From: a virus
Lineage: Duplodnaviria; Caudoviricetes
Strand: one strand, 5' to 3'
DNA length: 64,000 bases
Virus record (IMG/VR): IMGVR_UViG_3300034073_005177
Location: 1,224-65,223 of that record
Numbering within the stretch: position 1 is the stretch's first letter; the number at the start of each line of letters is the position of its first letter. A program made the position numbers and the translations under genes. Below the pieces are notes generated by a model that was given only the letters and a program-made list of their open reading frames with translations, had not been told where the DNA came from and ran no database searches. Below are positions 28,252 through 37,654 of the stretch, one piece after another.

Positions 28252-28946
28252 GTTTCCTCTTCATACATTTTTGAAGTTTTATGATGAAGCTCTTCTGCAT
28301 TTGCATCTCTTAATTGCTCAGGGGCGATAAAAGAATAAATCAATCGAATTGAAGAAGTGCCAGGAAGGTCGGGCGCGACAGCATGTAAAAGAGAAGTATC
28401 AAATAACAATGCCTGTTCATTGTTAGTTGAAATGATTGCTTTGGGCAATTTTGAAACTAATTTAAGATCTTCGACTTGCTGATCTATCATTATTCTATGA
28501 GATCCTGGCGCGACATAAAGACGTTGTTCTATCTGATTATTGAAGCTTGGGTAATAAATGATTTTATATCCTGGCGGAGACATTCCTGATTTTCTTTCTA
28601 GATCATAATATGAATCTCTATGCCAATTCATATAACTGATCGTAGAACTTGCCACGCGCACTTGTGCATGATATAAAGTAAGATCTCTGAGCGTCCTGCT
28701 TCTAATAAAAGATTTTATTTGATTAATTTTTAAAGCTTTGATAAACTTTTCAGAATAATCAACGGCACTTGGGCGTAGGTCTATTGTATTAGAATATTTT
28801 TGCTGAAGAGAAAAACCTTTTTTTAAATTGCCATCTAAAATTTCTTTTAATATTTCATCTAAACCGCAAGGGTCAAAACGGAATATTTCAAATCCATTTT
28901 TATAGAAACTTTCATATTCTGTCAATTTATTATCGACTTTTTTCAT
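28248..28946 (-). CDS. PhyH-like 2OG-Fe(II) dioxygenase
   Basis: FYKNGF, WHRD, APGSH, LLFDTSLLH, SIRLIYSF. Confidence 0.8.
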   Translation of the reverse strand: MKKVDNKLTEYESFYKNGFEIFRFDPCGLDEILKEILDGNLKKGFSLQQKYSNTIDLRPSAVDYSEKFIKALKINQIKSFIRSRTLRDLTLYHAQVRVASSTISYMNWHRDSYYDLERKSGMSPPGYKIIYYPSFNNQIEQRLYVAPGSHRIMIDQQVEDLKLVSKLPKAIISTNNEQALLFDTSLLHAVAPDLPGTSSIRLIYSFIAPEQLRDANAEELHHKTSKMYEEET

Positions 28947-29845
28947 AATGATTCTATCAGCTTTCTATACAACGCCTGGCCTGATGGCAATTTCAAATTT
29001 TCCACGTTGGGTATGATCGGGGTTGCTACTGTAACATCATCGTTAATTGCCTCGTTCGGCAAAACAACGCTAGCAATGCCTACGTTTCGAGATATGACTG
29101 GTATGTTTAATAGACCACACTCAATTAAAGCTTGGGGACCACCTTCATATCTCGCAGTAACTGGATAGAGATCTAAAGTTTGATACAACTCGTTTATAAC
29201 AGATTGAGAAGGTTTTTCAACGTACACGAATGGGATATTAGCTCGCGTTAATCGTGAAATAATATACTGCCTTCGCCATCCAGCAAGAACGACAAAAATC
29301 TTTTTATTTGTTTGCCATAACTTTTCAATAGAGTCAGCAAGTAAATCTGGACCTTTTTCTAATTTAGGGGTTCTTAGATCCGATCCTTCTGTGTCTCTTT
29401 GAAAGGAACCAATAACATAGCCTTCTTTTGGTATGTTATATTTTTTTCTCAATTCAAATTTGCCTACAGTCGACTTCCAGATTTTTTGGTTGGCCCAATA
29501 TGGTATAATAGATATGGGTTTTTTTGTTATGCTTTTTATAAACTTTTCTGTATGCTGATTTGGTACGTGGTAAACATCGGTGATACTATCTCTTTCTTGA
29601 AATTCTAAAAATTTTTGTTGATTAAACTTTTCGTTTACAACGTGATGTACTGTAGTGATTACTTTTTTTTGAGACAAAAGCTTTCTATCTATATTTCTGT
29701 AACACCAACTTGCCAACAACCAAATAACGTCGGCATCTTCAGGGTTTTTTACACTAATATCTGAATTGTTTTCATACCATTCGTCTACAAGACGGTCTAC
29801 GATCCAGTCCTCTGCTGGACGTAATATGAAAACTTTATTGTTCAT
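28943..29845 (-). CDS. Glycosyltransferase, GT-B (GT4-like)
   Basis: LEKGPD, ARYEGGPQALIECGLLNIPVIS. Confidence 0.85.
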   Translation of the reverse strand: MNNKVFILRPAEDWIVDRLVDEWYENNSDISVKNPEDADVIWLLASWCYRNIDRKLLSQKKVITTVHHVVNEKFNQQKFLEFQERDSITDVYHVPNQHTEKFIKSITKKPISIIPYWANQKIWKSTVGKFELRKKYNIPKEGYVIGSFQRDTEGSDLRTPKLEKGPDLLADSIEKLWQTNKKIFVVLAGWRRQYIISRLTRANIPFVYVEKPSQSVINELYQTLDLYPVTARYEGGPQALIECGLLNIPVISRNVGIASVVLPNEAINDDVTVATPIIPNVENLKLPSGQALYRKLIESL

Positions 29846-30843
29846 AATCCGAGCACAACCTTTTCTTTTTGAGCTAATTCGATATCATATTTGACCATAC
29901 GCTCAACAAGATTTTCAAAATTAACTTTTGGAACCCATCCCAACACTGATTTCGCCTTGTTTGAGTCTGCGATCAGAGTATCAACCTCAGATGGTCGCAT
30001 AAATTTTTGATCAATTTTTACATACTTTTCTTTATCTAACCCAGCAGACTCAAAAGCTTTGTCGATAAATTCTTGAACAGAATGTTGCGTGCCCGTACCG
30101 ATAACATAATCATCTGGTTTATCTTGCTGAAGCATTAACCACATCGCTTCGATATATTCAGGTGCATATCCCCAGTCTCTAAGAGCGGTGGTATTTCCCA
30201 TTCTTAATTCATCCTGTAAACCTGCCTTAATTCTTCCGACGGCTCTTGTAATCTTACGAGTTACGAAGTTTTCTCCGCGACGTTCAGATTCATGGTTAAA
30301 CAGTATTCCTGAACAGGCAAACATCCCATAAGATTCGCGATAGTTTTGTGTGATATAATGCGCGTACACTTTCGCGCAACCATAAGGGCTCCGTGGATAA
30401 AATGGAGTGTTTTCATTTTGTGGCGTTTCTCTTACTCTACCAAACATTTCGCTGGATGATGCTTGATAAAATTTGCAATCAAGCTTTGATCTTTTAATCG
30501 CGTCCAAGAGATTGAGCGCGCCGAGCGCTGTAACTTCAGTTGTATTAACAGGCTGTTCAAAAGATATACCAACGTGACTTTGCGCGGCAAGGTTGTAGAC
30601 TTCATCGGGTTGAATCGTTTCTAACATTGCGCGCATACCTGAAGCATCCATCAAATCTCCATGGTGGACTTCAAGCTTTTTTGATAGCATTGCATTCTTT
30701 AGATTTCCCCAGCGGTCAGGAGTGAATTGCGTTGATTGTCTGATAAGACCATGAACTTCATAACCCTTTTCAATTAATAAATCGACAAGATAACTGCCGT
30801 CTTGTCCTGTAACGCCTGTTATAAAAGCTCGTTTTGACATCAT
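29842..30843 (-). CDS. gmd: GDP-mannose 4,6-dehydratase
   Basis: ITGVTGQDGSYL, NLAAQSHV, YQASSSEMFG, PRSPYGCAK, LFNHES, FVTRKIT, RDWG. Confidence 0.97.
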   Translation of the reverse strand: MMSKRAFITGVTGQDGSYLVDLLIEKGYEVHGLIRQSTQFTPDRWGNLKNAMLSKKLEVHHGDLMDASGMRAMLETIQPDEVYNLAAQSHVGISFEQPVNTTEVTALGALNLLDAIKRSKLDCKFYQASSSEMFGRVRETPQNENTPFYPRSPYGCAKVYAHYITQNYRESYGMFACSGILFNHESERRGENFVTRKITRAVGRIKAGLQDELRMGNTTALRDWGYAPEYIEAMWLMLQQDKPDDYVIGTGTQHSVQEFIDKAFESAGLDKEKYVKIDQKFMRPSEVDTLIADSNKAKSVLGWVPKVNFENLVERMVKYDIELAQKEKVVLGL

Positions 30844-31229
30844 GACCTCTGTTTAATTTCAAAGATAAAAGGTAAAGCAAAAGGTGTATTAGAAAAAAAA
30901 CTAGCAAGAAGAGCCAACTCTTTAGTTTCAATATTCTTTGCGCTGGCTCTTTGCGAAAAGATATTGGGATCTAATTCTTGATTTTCGTTGATTGTTACAG
31001 CATCATAATATAGCTGACAAATCATGTTCATTCCTTCATTACTAATTTGTATTGAAGATTCTTGAAAAACGTCCACAAAGGCTTCAAAAATATCTTGATA
31101 AATCGCGGTGCATGTTGCTGTATTCAACTTTTCATTTTTGTATTTTGATAATTTTGTAGTTAGTAGTTTACTGATAGATTCATATACATTCTTCATATTA
31201 GCCTCTGGATTATTTTTGGTATATTTCAC
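30840..31229 (-). CDS. Hypothetical protein
   Basis: 129 aa ORF; stop overlaps the gmd start. Confidence 0.6.
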   Translation of the reverse strand: MKYTKNNPEANMKNVYESISKLLTTKLSKYKNEKLNTATCTAIYQDIFEAFVDVFQESSIQISNEGMNMICQLYYDAVTINENQELDPNIFSQRASAKNIETKELALLASFFSNTPFALPFIFEIKQRS

Positions 31230-32742
31230 CTAGATTCATATCGACAACCATGTTTTTTTTGTATTCTACGAAATCTTTTCTGTTCATCGTTGACCAGGCT
31301 TCATCACGCAAGTTTTCTAACTCTGCTGGTTCTATTAATGTGTTCTTCATATTCGCTTTTTGCCAGTGCATTTTGTCGGGATTAAAATTTTGATCAAGAT
31401 GATTATTGGCAATCGCGTAATCGAACAGTTTCGTTCCTGGTAGCGGCATCACTAAGAAAAAGTTGGCCGCGTCTAATCCTTCTTCCATTCTTTCTTTTGC
31501 GTATTGTATTGTATCGATAACTTCATTTTTTGTTTCATCAGGATACCCCAACATAAAGTTACCTGCAACTCTAAATCCATATTCTTTGCAAGCTTTGATA
31601 AGGGTCGTAATGTCTGCTCTTTGAATATCCCATTTATTACTTGCGTATTTTTCAATAATTCTTGGAGAAGATGATTCAAATGGCAATACTAATTCAGTAA
31701 AACCCGCATTTTTTAAAGAATCTAATACTTCAAAATCAGGTTTCATTTTTTTATTAAGACCTTCTTTTTTTAATAAATGAATAATATTCACACCATTAAC
31801 GTCAAGAATCTGAAGATCATTCCCTTGAATTTGTTTTAGCATATCGATTGCTCGACGCTTTTTACCGAAAATTGAATCATCTTCAATAAAGACTTGCTTT
31901 ACTCCAATCTTTTTTAACATTTCTAATTCTTGTGAAACTCTATTAATAGATTTAACTCTAAATTTACCAATATTACCGGCCGTGGATTCTTCGGTTTCAC
32001 TAGAAATGTGGCAATAAGAACAAGAAAAAGGACATCCCATCGATGTAACCATCGATGCATATTTCAGCACAGTACCTTTTTTAAATTGCCCACCATGAGG
32101 ACGACCAATCTTCCAGTATCTTTCATTCGGAAGCAAATGCCATGCCGGTGGAGCTAACTCGTCTAGATCTTCTATAACGTGGCCATTTTTAGTATAAACG
32201 ATTTTATTATCTAATTTTGTCATCAAAAAATTAACTTTATTACAAATGTCTTCTTTAGAAGATTTTTTTTGTAATTGCAAAATTAGATTTAAAAAAGTTA
32301 TTTCTGCTTCTGAAGTGCAGATGTAATCAAATCCTGCATCAAAAAAACTTTGATATCGATATCGAGCATTTACGCCTCCGCTAACTAATATTTTTTCTGG
32401 GAAATATTTTTTTATTAATTTAGCAACGTGGAGTACCATCGCTTCTTGGTGCGTAAAAATCGAAGTTATCCCGATTATGTCATGTTTGGATACGACCTCT
32501 AATATTCTCTGATCAGAAACTCCTGTTCGTATTAACCCAGTTGGAAGTGTTACATTGTTCTCAAAGAATACTTTTTGCAAATCATCTTGCTCATTACCTA
32601 CGCAAGCATCATAAATAGTGACTTCGATATTATGCTTCAGTAAAGTGCCAGCAAGATTAGGATAAGCCAAAGATCCATTTGGTTTACACATCATACTTGG
32701 CCAGGTTTGCTCTGGCGGGTATAGCAATAAAATGCTTTTCAT
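31210..32742 (-). CDS. B12-binding radical SAM enzyme (class B methylase-like)
   Basis: N-terminal cobalamin domain (DIIGITS, VSGGVNA, SEAE), GCPFSCSYC, IEDDSI, FMLGYPDET, PLPGTKLF. Confidence 0.9.
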   Translation of the reverse strand: MKSILLLYPPEQTWPSMMCKPNGSLAYPNLAGTLLKHNIEVTIYDACVGNEQDDLQKVFFENNVTLPTGLIRTGVSDQRILEVVSKHDIIGITSIFTHQEAMVLHVAKLIKKYFPEKILVSGGVNARYRYQSFFDAGFDYICTSEAEITFLNLILQLQKKSSKEDICNKVNFLMTKLDNKIVYTKNGHVIEDLDELAPPAWHLLPNERYWKIGRPHGGQFKKGTVLKYASMVTSMGCPFSCSYCHISSETEESTAGNIGKFRVKSINRVSQELEMLKKIGVKQVFIEDDSIFGKKRRAIDMLKQIQGNDLQILDVNGVNIIHLLKKEGLNKKMKPDFEVLDSLKNAGFTELVLPFESSSPRIIEKYASNKWDIQRADITTLIKACKEYGFRVAGNFMLGYPDETKNEVIDTIQYAKERMEEGLDAANFFLVMPLPGTKLFDYAIANNHLDQNFNPDKMHWQKANMKNTLIEPAELENLRDEAWSTMNRKDFVEYKKNMVVDMNLGEIYQK

Positions 32743-32749
32743 ATTTTGA

Positions 32750-33517
32750 TCAATCTATAATCGAATTACAAATATTAAACCATTCATCGGTGCTTAATTT
32801 TCCAGAAACAGAATATTGTCCGCTTAATTTAGAAGTGCCTCTTCCTTGATGCATGTATATTACTTTATTAGTTTCTGTGGCAAGGCACCTGTCTACTCCA
32901 CAGTCTTTACCCAAAGACTTGAATGGCTCATTTATTAATTCTACTAAATTTTTATCATTATATGTGTTACTAAAAACAAAAATTTTATTGTTGTTTTTTC
33001 TACAAAATTCAGTTAGCTTATCTGTTGTGTCAAATTTCGGTAAATCGGGTAGCATCGATACTTTCTTTAATATGTCAGTCTTTATCAAAAATCCAGAACA
33101 ATGTACTGCTTGAATTCTGTTTGGATGACTATCATAACAAACACCAATTAGTTCATAACCTTCATCAACTTTTTTTTTGAATTCTTGAAAAAATGAATTA
33201 CTCGTTATAAAACAATCTGAGTGACAGACGAAAGTCCAATCATGTTTAATATATTGCTTACCAAATTCATAAGCTAAACCATGACCAATTGAACTTTTTC
33301 CACTATTGATTGTGTACTTTTCTCCGTCAGCGTGGTTGATATAGACAATGTCATTTAACCCTTCTGTAACTTTCTCCTTAAAAGAGGAATTACTGCTATT
33401 TTCTACTATAACATATTGCAGATTATAGTCAGAGGGTTTAAAATGCTCAAAACTTTTTATTAAATTTTTGATTAATAAATCATCTTTATATGTCACGCAA
33501 AGAACGGATATCTTCAT
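32750..33517 (-). CDS. Glycosyltransferase, GT-A (GT2-like)
   Basis: ISVLCVTY, VIVENSS, HGLA, FVCHSDCF. Confidence 0.75.
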   Translation of the reverse strand: MKISVLCVTYKDDLLIKNLIKSFEHFKPSDYNLQYVIVENSSNSSFKEKVTEGLNDIVYINHADGEKYTINSGKSSIGHGLAYEFGKQYIKHDWTFVCHSDCFITSNSFFQEFKKKVDEGYELIGVCYDSHPNRIQAVHCSGFLIKTDILKKVSMLPDLPKFDTTDKLTEFCRKNNNKIFVFSNTYNDKNLVELINEPFKSLGKDCGVDRCLATETNKVIYMHQGRGTSKLSGQYSVSGKLSTDEWFNICNSIID

Positions 33518-33523
33518 ATTTTT

Positions 33524-33529
33524 ATATTA
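33524..33529 (-). promoter_or_regulatory. -10-like hexamer TAATAT, 6 nt before ATG
   Basis: In the 43-nt gap between rfbB and the GT2 gene; no Shine-Dalgarno sequence. Confidence 0.3.
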
Positions 33530-33560
33530 CACAAGTATGAACGTAAAAGATAAAAACTTA

Positions 33561-34490
33561 TTAAAAATTGTTTTTTATAATTTCTCGTAATCCTGTATCA
33601 AATTTTGTATAGCTATTGCCCAATATGTCATTCAACTTTTTAGATGAAATCCAGTATTTTTTATCATGGCCAGGACGATCATCAGAAGTTTTTACAACTT
33701 CATTTAATAAGACATTAGATCCATTAATTTCGTTGTACAAAGAAATAACACGCTGAGCAGCGTCTATGTTTGTTAAGGTTATACCAGAGCTGAGATTATA
33801 AATTGAATTCCAGGTTGTTTTATGACAAGTTAAAAGATTCCTAACTCTCTTTGCCGTGTCTTTCACATACGTCCATTCTCTTTCTTGGTCTCCAGCGCCG
33901 TATAAAGGAAATTCTTTTTTGTTTATAATGCAATCTAAAAGTTTTGGTATGAATTTTTCTTTATGTTGACCAGGCCCGTAATTGTTAGATGGTCGAACAA
34001 TTAAATACTCAATTCCATAAGTGTTACGATAAGCTTGAATCATCATATCAGCCGCTGCTTTAGTTGCAGAGTATGGATTCATAGGATTTAATCTATCGTC
34101 TTCAGTGAATGGTTTATCAAAAGCTGGGCCGTAAACTTCGTCTGTTGAAATATGGCACAGCTTTGTTTTTGTTCTTCTACAAACATCAAGTACTGACGCT
34201 GTACCTTCCACGTTAGTATGAATAAATTCTTTGCAATCAGATATAGAATTGTCTACATGGGTTTCAGCCGCAAAATGTACTATGCAATCTGGTTTATAGT
34301 CTTTTACAATATTAAAAAGACTATCGGAACTGCATATGTCTAACTTAACAAACGATGAGACAGTAACATTTTCTTTTTTGCCAGCGTACGTTAACTTATC
34401 GATGTTAAGAACTTCATCTCCTGAATCAACAAAGTGTTGAACTGCAGTTCCACCTATAAATCCTGCTCCACCCGTTATGATAACCTTCAT
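33561..34490 (-). CDS. rfbB: dTDP-glucose 4,6-dehydratase
   Basis: TGGAGFIG, DKLTYAG, HFAAETHVD, HISTDEVYG, PYSATKAA, NNYGP, DRPGHD. Confidence 0.95.
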   Translation of the reverse strand: MKVIITGGAGFIGGTAVQHFVDSGDEVLNIDKLTYAGKKENVTVSSFVKLDICSSDSLFNIVKDYKPDCIVHFAAETHVDNSISDCKEFIHTNVEGTASVLDVCRRTKTKLCHISTDEVYGPAFDKPFTEDDRLNPMNPYSATKAAADMMIQAYRNTYGIEYLIVRPSNNYGPGQHKEKFIPKLLDCIINKKEFPLYGAGDQEREWTYVKDTAKRVRNLLTCHKTTWNSIYNLSSGITLTNIDAAQRVISLYNEINGSNVLLNEVVKTSDDRPGHDKKYWISSKKLNDILGNSYTKFDTGLREIIKNNF

Positions 34491-35314
34491 ACATTTTTAC
34501 CGTAATTTTTTAAGCACCAGTCTAGTGCATTTATTGCGCTTCTAGGATTATATCCTGTTGCCATCAACTTGCGTACATCTAACAGCGTATTGACTCGCTT
34601 AACTTTCAAGGTCTTTATGTACTCTATGTATGAAATTCTTCCAAGCCGAAGATCTGGTGCGATAGTCTCCTTTAGCCTCTCTGCGATTCTAAATGGAGAT
34701 AACCATCCCGTATTTGCAAGATTATAGATTCCATAGTGCTTACCTGCGATTAGGTGTTCGATCATATTCTTCATATCTTCGATGCAGGTAACTGAATTTT
34801 TAGACCCAATAAAGTCTCCGCCTCCAAGTGTAATAAACTTGGTTAACATATTCGTTGGATGTGGAGTTGCTGAGATTAATTGTCGAGGACGGACAATTGT
34901 AATTTTCTCGTATCCTGATGACATTAAAAGCTTATCAGCTTCTGCTTTGGTTTCAGCATACCAAGCTGCAGGAGTTGGAATATCTTCCTCTGTATAAATC
35001 TTTTCTGTTTCCATTCCATCAAAAATGCATCCACTGCTGATATGAACAAGATGGTGACCAAACTTGCTGCACGTTCTTCCAACGTTGATCGCACCTGTGA
35101 CATTGACAATACGCGCAGTGTCTTTGTAAGTTTCACACCATTCCAAGTTAATTTTTGCGGCTGTATTGACAACGACTGTCCCAGCAGGAAATTTAGAAAG
35201 CTGTTTTTCGACAGAGGCTGGATTTGATATCTCGATAAGCGCATGAGGGAGAATTATATCTTCGCTATTCTTGATGATGTTTGCGACTTTTCCAGATCCG
35301 ATGATTACTTTCAT
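34487..35314 (-). CDS. RmlD-superfamily reductase, NRS/ER (3,5-epimerase/4-reductase) type
   Basis: NLEWCE, HISSGCIF, EEDIP, YAETK, NMLTK, NSVT, GIYNLANTG. Start refined to ATG 35314 (ATGA overlap with rfbA). Confidence 0.8.
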   Translation of the reverse strand: MKVIIGSGKVANIIKNSEDIILPHALIEISNPASVEKQLSKFPAGTVVVNTAAKINLEWCETYKDTARIVNVTGAINVGRTCSKFGHHLVHISSGCIFDGMETEKIYTEEDIPTPAAWYAETKAEADKLLMSSGYEKITIVRPRQLISATPHPTNMLTKFITLGGGDFIGSKNSVTCIEDMKNMIEHLIAGKHYGIYNLANTGWLSPFRIAERLKETIAPDLRLGRISYIEYIKTLKVKRVNTLLDVRKLMATGYNPRSAINALDWCLKNYGKNV

Positions 35315-36030
35315 GAAGCGCTCCATATCATTTCGTTTGCTTTTCTATATGACTCGTGAGTACCAGCATCTACCCACCCGCAAGTTACTTCTACAACGCG
35401 ACCTGTCTTGTATTTAACAAACCAGGAATTAACATCACTAATTTCATATTCACCGCGCTGTGATGGGTTTAGCATTTCTACAACATCGAATGCATCAGAA
35501 GAATAACAATACAGTCCAACAATAGCTTTATTCGTTTTTGGATCTTTTGGTTTTTCTATGATGTCAACGACTTTGTCACCATCATAAACAGGAACTCCAA
35601 AACGTTGGGGATCTGGTACTTCTTTTGAAAAAAGACGATAGTCATCGGCGCTGTTTTGAAATTCTTTTATTGACTTTGAAATCTCTTCATGATCGCTAAA
35701 GATATTATCACCAAGGATTACAGAAAACTTTTCATTGGCACAAAAGTCTTTGCAAAGCTTAAGGGCCGCGGCGATTCCATTTGCGGAGTCTTGAACTTTG
35801 TAAGTCATTGAACAGTTCTTTTCTGCTCCTGAACCTAACAAAGAAATTACTTGACCCATGTGCTCAGGTCCTGTTACAAGCATGATGTCAAAAATTCCTG
35901 AAGAAACAAAAAGATCGATCATCCTATAAACCATCGGTGTTTGTCCGACTGGCAATAAACACTTATTTGTAACTTTCGTTAATGGACTTAAGCGACTGCC
36001 TGTTCCGCCAGCTAAAATAATGCCTTTCAT
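35311..36030 (-). CDS. rfbA: Glucose-1-phosphate thymidylyltransferase, short form
   Basis: GIILAGGTGSRLSPLT, NKCLLPV, GIAAAL, LGDNIF, EKP, RGEYEISD, WVDAGT. Confidence 0.93.
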   Translation of the reverse strand: MKGIILAGGTGSRLSPLTKVTNKCLLPVGQTPMVYRMIDLFVSSGIFDIMLVTGPEHMGQVISLLGSGAEKNCSMTYKVQDSANGIAAALKLCKDFCANEKFSVILGDNIFSDHEEISKSIKEFQNSADDYRLFSKEVPDPQRFGVPVYDGDKVVDIIEKPKDPKTNKAIVGLYCYSSDAFDVVEMLNPSQRGEYEISDVNSWFVKYKTGRVVEVTCGWVDAGTHESYRKANEMIWSAS

Positions 36031-36920
36031 AAAATAGACTCCAAAGCCTTAATATATTTTTGACTCACGCTGATTATGTCGATCGTACTGTCGATATTGT
36101 TGTTTTTTCTATTAGAAAGGTCAAGCTTGGGAGGAGAATAAAGATCTAATGGTTGCATATCCCAATTTAGATCTTCAACTATAATTGCGTTTGGTCCTGC
36201 TATTTCTTTTGTTCCTCCGCTTGAAGCGACGACTAATTCGCAACCTGAAGCTCGAGCGTCTACAACGACGTTTGGACAATGGTCCAGAAAGGCAAGGTGA
36301 ACAAAAACCTTTGATCTCTTATAAAGAGAGATGCACTGTTCCCAGGAAAGTTGACCTACATAAAACACTCTTGGATGTTTGATCACATGGTCTGGATTTT
36401 CTCCTGCAACAACCATACAGGAATCCTCTGGGGCGTTTTCTAAAAAATAATCTATGTTATCTTTAAGCCTTTTATGCGGACGCCAGGAAGAGCCACAGGA
36501 CCACACTTCCGAGTACTTGTCGAGCTCTGGGTGGGACAGCGGTTGGATCTTTGAGATGGTTTCAAAGCATGTTCCATTGTTAATAACCACTGATTTTTTG
36601 TGATCTCCAAAGTAGGCCTCGGTCAACCTTTTGTTGAAATTGGATTGGTACACAACTAGGTCGCTAGCCTCGAACGATCTTCTTATGGGCTCGTTTTGAG
36701 ACCCCCAATCTTGCCGAGTATTGAAATAGATGCCGTCTAACCGCAGGGCAGTAGGAACAACCTTTTGAGTCATCATGATGAAAGAGAGCTGTACCTGCGG
36801 GTCTATGACTCCAGGCCCGGCCTCATGACCAGATTTGTTTAACTCCATTATTAATCTTTTGCCGAACGAATTGGGTCCTGAGGATGATGATATGTTAACA
36901 TTATCAAATAGTATCTTCAC
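36027..36920 (-). CDS. Glycosyltransferase, GT-B (GT4-like)
   Basis: SGPNSF, VYQS, WRPHKRL, DHCPNVVVDARASG. Confidence 0.85.
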   Translation of the reverse strand: MKILFDNVNISSSSGPNSFGKRLIMELNKSGHEAGPGVIDPQVQLSFIMMTQKVVPTALRLDGIYFNTRQDWGSQNEPIRRSFEASDLVVYQSNFNKRLTEAYFGDHKKSVVINNGTCFETISKIQPLSHPELDKYSEVWSCGSSWRPHKRLKDNIDYFLENAPEDSCMVVAGENPDHVIKHPRVFYVGQLSWEQCISLYKRSKVFVHLAFLDHCPNVVVDARASGCELVVASSGGTKEIAGPNAIIVEDLNWDMQPLDLYSPPKLDLSNRKNNNIDSTIDIISVSQKYIKALESIL

Positions 36921-37654
36921 CTTAGGTATCCTCTTTCCCTTATCATCTCTGCCGACATTTTTTGGTTGACTGCACGATCTGAGGTAAACAGGTTTTTATT
37001 TCCGAGGTCGATGTTGTAGTGGTAACCTACGACTGGAATAAAGTTCAACTTTTTTCCTTCCTGCAATGATAGGTGCATCATCGGAAGGAAGATGGCCTGG
37101 TCGCATGCAATCATGATGTATTCACCTGAGTCAGTAAGGAAATTAGCCTTTGGAACTTTTCTGAGTTGACCGGCCCTAAAGGTCTTTAGATGGCTAGAGA
37201 CCCAAGGGTGTTGATATACTGTTTGCCCGGGTTGGAGCTTAAGTGGACCTGAAATGTTTCGGGGAGTATAACTCCAACGATGGGCTGTCCACGCGACTGC
37301 CTGAAATGGATCTTTGTAAGTTTCATTTAAAACCCAAAGAAGATCATTTTCTAGAAGCCAATCTCCACCGTCCAAACGACATACCACCTCATCATCCTCT
37401 ATAAACTCCAGAGAAGCGAGAGTGTTTCTGACCTCACCATGTTTTTCTGTCCTGTCCACTAGAGTAAACTTGTCTCTATGGATAGAACCTTCCACTATTC
37501 TTTTGACCAAGGCTGGTCCATCGTCGGTTGACATATCATTGATGACAATAGCCCTCCAATCCGAGTAGCTTTGAGCCATCATGGAGTGGAGGGTATTTGA
37601 GATGTCTTCTTCTGCGTTATAGTATGGAACAACGAAGACAAAACGATTCTTCAC
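36917..37654 (-). CDS. Glycosyltransferase, GT-A (GT2)
   Basis: VVPYYNAE, INDMSTD, RLDGGDWL, SHLKTFR. Confidence 0.9.
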   Translation of the reverse strand: MKNRFVFVVPYYNAEEDISNTLHSMMAQSYSDWRAIVINDMSTDDGPALVKRIVEGSIHRDKFTLVDRTEKHGEVRNTLASLEFIEDDEVVCRLDGGDWLLENDLLWVLNETYKDPFQAVAWTAHRWSYTPRNISGPLKLQPGQTVYQHPWVSSHLKTFRAGQLRKVPKANFLTDSGEYIMIACDQAIFLPMMHLSLQEGKKLNFIPVVGYHYNIDLGNKNLFTSDRAVNQKMSAEMIRERGYLR

